A stretch of 64,000 nucleotides of DNA from positions 32,001 to 96,000 of the IMG/VR virus record IMGVR_UViG_3300043470_000217; one strand, 5' to 3'. The notes below the pieces were generated by a model. The model was not told the origin of the DNA, made no database searches, and was given only the letters and a program-made list of their open reading frames with translations. A program made the position numbers and the translations under genes. The stretch is from a virus. This document shows, piece by piece, positions 52,273-59,399 of the stretch. Numbering within the stretch: the stretch's first letter is position 1; each line of letters begins with the position of its first letter.

Positions 52273-52846
52273 ATTTAAAAGATTTTTTAGAGGAATTAAT
52301 TGTTTGATGGGTCATACTATTTGTATTATAGGTAATAAGCCTACAATTCATAGAAGTAAGTAAAGTATTTAGCTCTACGGGATCACAAGTTTTAGATTGT
52401 TTAAGTACTGTTCTAAACTCTTGCCAAAATCCTCTCATAGATTGATAAAGTCCCATTATACTATCACCATGTAGATTACTTACCTTTTGTTTAAATGCTA
52501 AGTAACCATAGTAATTATCTTTTGAGAACTTAATGTCTATAATGTTTAAGTCTAAATCTTTATTCCAATCTACCATTGCTTTTTCATAAGCTGGTTTTCC
52601 TTTAACAGTTCTTTTATGATCATTCCAATATGTAGGAGATTGTAGATTAATAACAAAATGTTTTTCTGGTAATGCTTCTAACCATTTAGTAGGACCAACA
52701 TTAAAGTAGATACCTAGTTGTTTATTCTCTGGCTCATACATCCAGTGCCATCCAATATAACTTACTGTTATTGCTGTACCTCCATGTTTTTCATCATGGA
52801 AGCAACTTACTGCTTTAGGTTTTTTAAATGTAAATGAATTTGTCAT
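52223..52846 (-). CDS. Hypothetical protein
   Basis: 207-aa ORF after a terminator and A-rich leader. Confidence 0.55.
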   Translation of the reverse strand: MTNSFTFKKPKAVSCFHDEKHGGTAITVSYIGWHWMYEPENKQLGIYFNVGPTKWLEALPEKHFVINLQSPTYWNDHKRTVKGKPAYEKAMVDWNKDLDLNIIDIKFSKDNYYGYLAFKQKVSNLHGDSIMGLYQSMRGFWQEFRTVLKQSKTCDPVELNTLLTSMNCRLITYNTNSMTHQTINSSKKSFKYDQTVEVIDAPIDLPW

Positions 52847-52929
52847 AGTTTTTTAAATTAAAAAAGGGGTGCTCGTATACACCCCAGGTAGAAATATAAC
52901 TGAAAACATGATGGACTGCAGTATACGAC

Positions 52930-53175
52930 CTACAGTCCACCAATTCCGGATACCATGTCATCCCACATCTCTTTAGTATATCCAGAGATAATTAATTCTC
53001 TTTCATCTACAGATAGATAAGGGAAAGCTGATTGTACGTGTCCACCTTGTACATAGAAGTTTAAATCTACATGGTTAACAGGTCCCAGCTCATGTTCTCC
53101 GCCTTTGACATCTTTAACAAGAAGAATGATTTTACCATCCTCTTCAGTTTTCCGGTATGCAAGTATCTGACTCAT
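52930..53175 (-). CDS. Hypothetical protein
   Basis: VQSAFPYLSVDERELIISG...WD. Confidence 0.6.
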   Translation of the reverse strand: MSQILAYRKTEEDGKIILLVKDVKGGEHELGPVNHVDLNFYVQGGHVQSAFPYLSVDERELIISGYTKEMWDDMVSGIGGL

Positions 53176-53176
53176 A

Positions 53177-53359
53177 TTAATCTTCCATAAAATTACCAAA
53201 GAAAATAAGAGAACAGGCTAAACATACCATCAAGGCAACAGCACCATACAGGTAATTAATATTACCGGTAGCAATTAATAATACCATTGTACAAATCTGT
53301 GTAATGGCAACAGCAGTCATAAGCCATGCAAATAGCTTTTTAAAGTTAAAATTTTTCAT
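53177..53359 (-). CDS. Small two-TM membrane protein
   Basis: Start refined to MKNFNF; two hydrophobic helices. Confidence 0.5.
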   Translation of the reverse strand: MKNFNFKKLFAWLMTAVAITQICTMVLLIATGNINYLYGAVALMVCLACSLIFFGNFMED

Positions 53360-53435
53360 ATGTGGTTTTTTAGTTGATTGTTTAATAAAAAAAGTCCTGG
53401 AAGCAGATCTTACGGTATGCAACCAGGAACATTTG

Positions 53436-53529
53436 TAACAGAGACAGGATTTGAACCTGTGTAAAGTTTACAAGCTTTAACTACCACATTCATTAGTGGT
53501 ATGCGTTATACCTATTCCGCCACTCTGTT
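53436..53529 (-). ncRNA. tRNA-like element 1 (Leu-type scaffold, aberrant anticodon arm)
   Basis: Acceptor AACAGAG/CTCTGTT+A; D arm TGGCGGAATAGGTATAACGC; T arm ACAGG-TTCAAAT-CCTGT; anticodon stem 6 bp with 8-nt loop TAATGAAT. Confidence 0.75.
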
Positions 53530-53533
53530 ATTT

Positions 53534-53580
53534 TGCTGTCTTTCCAGCAGTCAACCAGTGTTCATTTAAAATGCTCTTGG
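53534..53580 (-). ncRNA. C4-antisense-like small RNA candidate
   Basis: 3' hairpin GACTGCTGGAAAGACAGCA resembles the C4 RNA terminal hairpin. Confidence 0.4.
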
Positions 53581-53586
53581 CTTTCG

Positions 53587-53679
53587 TAGTCAGGACAGGA
53601 CTCGAACCTGTAAGCTTTTTGCCTTAACAAAGGTATCGGACAGAGAATCCAAAAGCGTCTACCATTCCGCCACCTGACT
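53587..53679 (-). ncRNA. tRNA-like element 2
   Basis: Acceptor AGTCAGG/CCTGACT+A; D arm TGGCGGAATGGTAGACGC; T arm ACAGG-TTCGAGT-CCTGT; displaced TTGGA-TTCTCTG-TCCGA arm plus an extra hairpin. Confidence 0.75.
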
Positions 53680-53786
53680 ATTTAATGTTATTATTGAGTT
53701 TACCCACTTATAAATCATAAGCGTTTGCAACCACTTATGGTATTCCTCATTTATTCCGTTCTTAGCTGTGAGTCTAATAACATTTG

Positions 53787-53859
53787 TACCAGAGACAGGA
53801 CTTGAACCTGTATCAATGCAGAGAGCTACTCCACAGCGTCACCATTGCGCCACTCTGGT
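53787..53859 (-). ncRNA. tRNA-like element 3
   Basis: Acceptor ACCAGAG/CTCTGGT+A; D arm TGGCGCAATGGTGACGC; T arm ACAGG-TTCAAGT-CCTGT; non-canonical loop GTAGCTC (G32, U37). Confidence 0.7.
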
Positions 53860-53891
53860 AAATAAGGGGGCCCGAAGACCCCCATAATAAA

Positions 53892-54230
53892 TTAGAAGTT
53901 GTTGGTCAACAATGCTTCAAAGTAAGCAATGCTTTCTTTGGTTGACTCTAAATCTTCTGTTCTAGCATCCAATGTTCCTTGAGCACGTTGGATACCTTGT
54001 ACATACTCACGGTTGTCTGTAAATACAGCAGTAGGGAATACAGCTACGTTAAATGCTTCTTGAGCATCTTCTACAGCTGTTTCATCATCAACTAGTTTTG
54101 CTTTTAAGGCAGCCAATTGACCGTTAATAGCACTAAGTGCTTTACGTTCTACTTTTGCAGCTACAACACCTGCTTCGTCACCCTTCAAACGGGCTGTTAC
54201 TTCTTTCATGAAATTTGATACTTTTGACAT
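53892..54230 (-). CDS. Coiled-coil protein
   Basis: Start MSKVSNF; Ala-rich heptads; followed by a GGGG-TCTTCGGG-CCCC hairpin. Confidence 0.6.
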   Translation of the reverse strand: MSKVSNFMKEVTARLKGDEAGVVAAKVERKALSAINGQLAALKAKLVDDETAVEDAQEAFNVAVFPTAVFTDNREYVQGIQRAQGTLDARTEDLESTKESIAYFEALLTNNF

Positions 54231-54252
54231 ATGTTTAGGTTTTTTTGTTTGT

Positions 54253-55668
54253 TTAATAAGTGTTTGCAATAATAAGTTTTCTTTTTGGTTTTTTGCGCAA
54301 AGTTACAGGAGCTTGGTCATACTTTGCTAATGGATCTTCTTCTTTTACAGAAGGACTTCCGTGTTCTTGTATTTTCCAAGTATCTAAAAGAAGATTAGTA
54401 GAAAAAATAGTTCCTGATGATGTTATAGGGAAATCAGTTCCTGAAGTACTTTTATGTATTTTTATGCCTAATCCAAGATCATCATACTCATAGAACTCAC
54501 ACTCAAGCATAGAGTATTCACCTTCTTTACAAGTTACCGTTATTTTGTAACAGTTATTGTCAGGTTTATACTTGATATACTCTTTAATAGTTCCTACATA
54601 ACCATACTGATTATTTCCACCATAATGGTAACCACCACCATAACATTCTGATCTTGACTTGTAAGTAACTCTATCTCCTACTTTAAATCTTTGAGGTTTC
54701 ATTTCTGGTTCTTTAGGTTCTACTTTTGCTTCTACACCTTCATGAATTACTTCATAGTCAGTGTTTTTAAAATTCCAGCCTGAATAGGTAAAACTTTTAT
54801 CAGGTCTAAAATCAGATTCACGAATCTGAAGATAAGTACCTAAGTACTTATTCATATTACCTTCAGAGTTCCATCCTCTAGGATATCCTTTACTTCCAAA
54901 TGTATACCAGAGATCTTTAGCCTTAAACTCCTCTTCTGTAAAAATTCTAACAGTTACATAACCTTCTTTAGGAAGAGGAATAGTAGGAGTACTAGGAGTA
55001 CTAGGCTTAGATACAGTCTCAGATTCTTCTTTAGAAACCAGTTTAAGATGTGATGGAAGATACCATCGTCCTGTATGATCTGGACAGTGTCCATCTAAGG
55101 TATGTCCACCAAGGCTTGCACCTAAAGGGCAATGTACACCTACACTAGAACTACTAAGAGCTCTTACAATACATTCCCTACCCTTAAAATTATCACAGTC
55201 AGGAATAACAATATCACCGATAGTGAATCCATGCCTAGACTCAGAAGAAATAGACTTAGAAGTTTCAACAGGCTTAACAAATTCTTCATAAGGAGCTAAG
55301 ATCATCTGAGTATCTGTACGAAAAACAGATTCAGTACCATCTTCTCTTCCTACACTCCAATAATCTGAGTTGCCTTCATGTATGCCTACAATAACTCCTC
55401 TTTTATTACACCAATCCTGATGATCTTGAGTAATAATAACTCTGTCACCAGGTTCAGGAGTCCATTTAGGATAAAGTACTTTCCAATGCTCTGCTATTTC
55501 TTCTGCAGTAGCTGGTCTATAACCATTATCCATAGAAGAGGATTGATTAGCCCAATAAGATCCTGAGTAAATGTTAAACTCACCAGAAGATATTTGATAA
55601 CCAATTTTGTCTATAGAGGCTGGACTGAAAGGACGACCAGTGGTCCAAATAATTTTTAAGTTTGCCAT
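54253..55668 (-). CDS. Multidomain protein with tandem KOW/SH3-like modules
   Basis: PGDRVII, FTIGDIVI, FKVGDRVTY repeats separated by Pro/Ser linkers. Confidence 0.55.
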   Translation of the reverse strand: MANLKIIWTTGRPFSPASIDKIGYQISSGEFNIYSGSYWANQSSSMDNGYRPATAEEIAEHWKVLYPKWTPEPGDRVIITQDHQDWCNKRGVIVGIHEGNSDYWSVGREDGTESVFRTDTQMILAPYEEFVKPVETSKSISSESRHGFTIGDIVIPDCDNFKGRECIVRALSSSSVGVHCPLGASLGGHTLDGHCPDHTGRWYLPSHLKLVSKEESETVSKPSTPSTPTIPLPKEGYVTVRIFTEEEFKAKDLWYTFGSKGYPRGWNSEGNMNKYLGTYLQIRESDFRPDKSFTYSGWNFKNTDYEVIHEGVEAKVEPKEPEMKPQRFKVGDRVTYKSRSECYGGGYHYGGNNQYGYVGTIKEYIKYKPDNNCYKITVTCKEGEYSMLECEFYEYDDLGLGIKIHKSTSGTDFPITSSGTIFSTNLLLDTWKIQEHGSPSVKEEDPLAKYDQAPVTLRKKPKRKLIIANTY

Positions 55669-55670
55669 AG

Positions 55671-56147
55671 TTAACTCATTAAAGGGTTTGCTTGTTTTAT
55701 TAGTTTATGAAAGTTCTCTAAGAATTCTTCTGCAATTTTCTTAGATTGAAATGAAAGAAACTTATGAGTAGTGTACCAAACATCTACTATAACTTTATCT
55801 TTATGAAAATTTACACACCATTTAGTACTTTTTTCATCATTCCAATCAGGAACCCATCCTTGACGGTAAACTTCACGTAGTTGTGATAACTGAGCAAATG
55901 CAAGACATGCATTAGCTTGTCTCTCTGTTACAAACATGTTTCTATTATCAATGTATGTTTTTGTATCCCTTTCATATTCAATATGACAACAGTCACCAAC
56001 AAAATAGCCAGATATATTTTCTAATTCTCCCCAATTCTTAGGAAGATTAGATTCAATCTTTTTAAATGCAACAAGCCCTTTTGTCAAGTCACTGTTCTTT
56101 TGGTCAATTTCATAACCATCTGGGATTTCAATATTAAATGTTTTCAT
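55671..56147 (-). CDS. Hypothetical protein
   Basis: AFAQLSQLR...GWVPDW...FLSFQSKKIAEEF. Confidence 0.6.
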   Translation of the reverse strand: MKTFNIEIPDGYEIDQKNSDLTKGLVAFKKIESNLPKNWGELENISGYFVGDCCHIEYERDTKTYIDNRNMFVTERQANACLAFAQLSQLREVYRQGWVPDWNDEKSTKWCVNFHKDKVIVDVWYTTHKFLSFQSKKIAEEFLENFHKLIKQANPLMS

Positions 56148-56173
56148 AGTTTTAGGGTTTTAAGATTAATAAA

Positions 56174-56380
56174 AAAACAAACTCTCCTGCATGATCACCA
56201 TGCTTTTGGATTTTACTGAACATAGTTTACTGTTCACCTGATTACTTAAAGTGCGCACTGGCAGAGCAGGGTCCATCACATTATACCTTGGGTCATGATT
56301 ACTTAATCGGGTAATTACTCCCATAAAGCCAAGGTCTCTTTCAACGGTGCTAATCCGTCTTATGTAAGAGAGTTTGTTTT
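56174..56380 (-). ncRNA. Structured ~207-nt RNA candidate directly 3' of tRNA-Leu
   Basis: Closed by the 13-bp inverted repeat AAAACAAACTCTC/GAGAGTTTGTTTT, with several internal stems. Confidence 0.55.
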
Positions 56381-56381
56381 G

Positions 56382-56467
56382 TACTACTAGTGGGAATCGA
56401 ACCCACACTGACATTGCTGTCAACAGGATTTTAAGTCCTGCGCGTCTACCTATTCCGCCATAGTAGT
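56382..56467 (-). tRNA. trnL: tRNA-Leu (anticodon UAA)
   Basis: Acceptor ACTACTA/TAGTAGT+A; CAGGA-CTTAAAA-TCCTG; long variable arm; GTGGG-TTCGATT-CCCAC; promoter TATATTTG at 56475-56482. Confidence 0.93.
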
Positions 56468-56485
56468 GTACATGCAAATATAATA

Positions 56486-56626
56486 TTAATATTCTATTAT
56501 ACGGTCATAGTACTTATGTCTTGCTTTACTACAAGACTTGGGTAATTTACCATCACCGGTATAGCGCTTAGAAGCACACCCGGTAATAGTAACAATCAAA
56601 GCAAGCAATACAATTACCTTCTTCAT
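56486..56626 (-). CDS. Small lipoprotein (46 aa); not in ORF track
   Basis: Translated by hand: MKKVIVLLALIVTITG-CASKRY... with lipobox ITGC. Confidence 0.6.
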   Translation of the reverse strand: MKKVIVLLALIVTITGCASKRYTGDGKLPKSCSKARHKYYDRIIEY

Positions 56627-56629
56627 ATC

Positions 56630-56857
56630 TTAATTCTCAGTGATAACATATACTAACCACATAAACAAAGTAATGATAGTCATTACAAAGGCTACATTGC
56701 CTAGAATATCCTGGAAACAACTAACAAAAGTGTTATGCCCCATAAGAGCACCCAGAGAAGCTAATAAACCGGCTATGATGATAGAACTCACCACAGTAAA
56801 AACAACAGGAACCACTATCATCAATAGTGACTTTCCAAGATAGATTATATATTTCAT
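56630..56857 (-). CDS. Small two-TM membrane protein
   Basis: Hydrophobic ORF. Confidence 0.5.
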   Translation of the reverse strand: MKYIIYLGKSLLMIVVPVVFTVVSSIIIAGLLASLGALMGHNTFVSCFQDILGNVAFVMTIITLFMWLVYVITEN

Positions 56858-57069
56858 ATTAGTTTAGTTAATAAATCCAGTAATACTAGTAGGTATAATA
56901 CCCTTAAGTATAAGAAGCAGTTTAGACACATGCTTAGGTGTTTGTAAGGGATGACTTCAACTACCTTACTTCAATGGCTCTGTTTTGGTATACTGTATTA
57001 CTACAGCGGAACAAACCTATCCATCATTTCCGCACTTAAGGCTTTGGAACTTGCCTATATGATTTAGTT

Positions 57070-57234
57070 ACTCCACTCTGCATTCAATTGTAATAGAAAG
57101 CCAATAACACAAAAATGTTATCCGTTTGGGGCAACTAATTGTTCACCTATAAATAGGTTTAGTGTCTGTCCATGCTTTATATCTCGCTACTACAATTGCT
57201 ATCCCTTGTGAAGATAGTTATGATGCATTAAAGT
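57070..57234 (-). ncRNA. Twister-ribozyme-like element (type P1) with large P5 insertion
   Basis: P1 ACUU/GAGU, UAA, P2 UGCA/UGCA, P4 CUAUC/GAUAG with loop UUCACAAGG, GCAGAGUG (T1 CAC/GUG), 12-bp P5. Confidence 0.65.
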
Positions 57235-57600
57235 TGGTTAGGTTCTCGTACTAACCCCTATAACTTGCTTTTACTTGTTATAGACGCAGTGGCTTCACTA
57301 TGGTTTACACCATTTCCCCCCACTGTTGTTATCTTTTAGCCATATAATGGCCCATTCGTCCCCACCTAATCCCACTTCTTACCAGTTTGTGATAAGTGTA
57401 GTTTTGATGAGAAGGTTGTTTGTCACTCTCTCTCACACCCTTACAACTGTCCACTGTATTATACAGTTTGTCATGAAAAAGTTAAACATTATGACAATTG
57501 TCTCAAGAATTACGGGGTTTATAGTTTCAAAAGTTAAACAAAACTATTTTTCCTCTCTTACTAGAAGTTTGATTATATAGTGGTTTCTATATAAAAGAAA

Positions 57601-57630
57601 AAAAAAGAGATAGGTGTAACCCTATCTCTT
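57601..57630 (-). terminator. Intrinsic terminator
   Basis: AAGAGATAGG/CCTATCTCTT stem plus U-tract. Confidence 0.75.
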
Positions 57631-57643
57631 AATGGTGAATTAA

Positions 57644-58135
57644 CTATTCATCTGATTCATCAGTGAATGGTGTTTCACCTTCAGCAACAGGTTCTTCCTG
57701 CGGTGTAACCGTGGAAGTATCTGCTTGCTGTGGCACGCTGGCAGGTTCTGCAACAGGTGCAGCAACTGTAGTTGACAGTCCAAGGGACGCCATCAACTGC
57801 TGTGCAGCCAACTGTGCAGTAGCCTGAGCCAAGAGACCTGTGCCTAAACTGTCAATCGCAGATTGCATTTTGGCCACAGTGTCAAACTTGGCGTACACAC
57901 GGCTGCTGTCATAGTTCCACTCCAGTGTAACTACTGACGGCATGAAAGCGTCTGTGGTTTTCCACAAGGGCTTTCCCGTGTCTTCATCGTGCTGAAGGTA
58001 ATCACCCTGTGATTCTTCATAAGCCTCAAGTTCTTGAGGTGTTGAAGCGGAAACAAGGTAAACTCTTACGAGTTTGCCTTTTTGGAGGCCTTTGGATGCA
58101 CGATAAGTGCGTGCAAATTTTGCTTTAATGCTCAT
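57644..58135 (-). CDS. Hypothetical protein, likely first early gene
   Basis: Visibly higher GC than neighbours; Pro/Ala/acidic tail; follows the repeated motifs at 58171-58410. Confidence 0.65.
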   Translation of the reverse strand: MSIKAKFARTYRASKGLQKGKLVRVYLVSASTPQELEAYEESQGDYLQHDEDTGKPLWKTTDAFMPSVVTLEWNYDSSRVYAKFDTVAKMQSAIDSLGTGLLAQATAQLAAQQLMASLGLSTTVAAPVAEPASVPQQADTSTVTPQEEPVAEGETPFTDESDE

Positions 58136-58170
58136 AATTTTTAATTATTAGTGTTAAGTGAAATTTTCAC

Positions 58171-58410
58171 TAAACAAAGAGTAAGGACAGAGTAGCCCTT
58201 TTGTAAAACATAAGGAACCACCCGCAAGGGGGGTTACGGGTGTGTGTGTGCAGCACAATCATTCTTTCCCCCAAGAATGATGTGATGAACAACACTGTTC
58301 CCTATGTTTGTTTAGAATAAGTAATAGAGTAGTAATACTCTATTGGTTAGATAAATAATACATAATTAATATGCAATTGCATATTAAACAAAGAGTAATA
58401 AAGAGTAGCC
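58171..58410 (-). repeat. Direct repeat TAAACAAAGAGTAA-N3-4-AGAGTAGCC (58171-58197 and 58385-58410), each abutting an inverted repeat; candidate phage promoters
   Basis: Two near-identical copies next to AGTGAAATTTTCACT and the perfect 22-bp palindrome TTAATATGCAATTGCATATTAA. Confidence 0.6.
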
Positions 58411-58573
58411 TTTTTCTTTTGTAGCCTATAGGGGGTAGCCCCCAAGCCTTGGGAAGCCGGGGGCATGCGTGGGGGGAATCAACCCCACTGCCACCCATAA
58501 AACAATCCTCATATACGTGGGGGGTATTAGAGTGAACCCCATGTGCCGGGGGTATCTTATCTCACCTTAAAAT

Positions 58574-59182
58574 TTAATTTATACCGTAGTAGTAGTTGTC
58601 CGTATCTTCTGCCACCCATCTATCACTTTGGTTTTCTACACTAGGTAGTTCTGTATCTACTTTGTATGATGTAGGGTGTAATGGGAAATCTTTAGTTACC
58701 CAGTTAGAGTCTTTCCAGTATATCCGGTTATTAGGCATGCATAGTAAGTAGCCATCTTCACTCACTAGTATATGTCCGGCTTTATAGTCACTTGGTTCAT
58801 CACTGTATGGGTTATTGTACCAGTCTACTGTAAATAGGTAATTGGCCCAGATCATTGTTTTGTCTTTTAGAATTACCTGGCATCTGTGCTCACTTAAGAA
58901 GTCATAGTGTACTACGCTTACGTTTTCACTAAAGCAATCCCATAGTTGTTTGAAGTGAAAGGGGATATCGTTATCACACTCCTTAGTATATATCTCACTT
59001 ATGGGTACTCTGGATCTTACCATACCGTAGTCAGTAATAACGTGAAAGGTTAGTATTTTACCCGCTACACTTTGTACCCCGAATACATAGATGTTATCAT
59101 ATTCTGTGTCCTCTGTATTCTTAGTGAGATAAGCCCTTTTTATTAATGCTTTGAAGTGAGGTATATTTGAGTTTAGAACCAT
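58574..59182 (-). CDS. Conserved-looking phage hypothetical protein
   Basis: QLWDCFS, YLFTVDW, MPNNRI; start refined to MVLNSN after TATATTTG (59186-59193). Confidence 0.65.
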   Translation of the reverse strand: MVLNSNIPHFKALIKRAYLTKNTEDTEYDNIYVFGVQSVAGKILTFHVITDYGMVRSRVPISEIYTKECDNDIPFHFKQLWDCFSENVSVVHYDFLSEHRCQVILKDKTMIWANYLFTVDWYNNPYSDEPSDYKAGHILVSEDGYLLCMPNNRIYWKDSNWVTKDFPLHPTSYKVDTELPSVENQSDRWVAEDTDNYYYGIN

Positions 59183-59271
59183 GATCAAATATATACCCAA
59201 TTATTTTAGTATGTATATTTGTTAATAATTTGTTAGTGGTGGTAAATATATAAAGTGTAAACTTGTATATT

Positions 59272-59388
59272 ATGCCAGAGAATGAAGAAGTTAGCAGGCC
59301 GGTCACTTGTATTAGGTGTGGTAAACCAATGGAACCTGATGAGCCTTGTGATTGCAATGAGCTGGTGTATGTGTACTGGGAAATGTAA
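59272..59388 (+). CDS. Tiny zinc-ribbon protein (38 aa); not in ORF track
   Basis: CIRCG...CDC; sits between a promoter motif and the 59400 ORF. Confidence 0.4.
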   Translation: MPENEEVSRPVTCIRCGKPMEPDEPCDCNELVYVYWEM

Positions 59389-59399
59389 ATTATAAACCA

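Noticed and set aside
53387-53859. CRISPR array or attachment-site remnants
   Set aside because: Repeated parts are tRNA arms with covarying stems rather than identical repeats; no cas or integrase gene in the window.
56174-56380. Theta/HDV-like ribozyme 3' of tRNA
   Set aside because: Could not find the HDV nested pseudoknot core after this tRNA or after the mimics.
56166-56477. 103-aa ORF on the minus strand
   Set aside because: Overlaps tRNA-Leu and the structured RNA; its sequence is translated tRNA.
57326-57580. 84-aa plus-strand ORF
   Set aside because: Opposite to the local transcription direction, TTG start, no recognisable features; probably non-coding.
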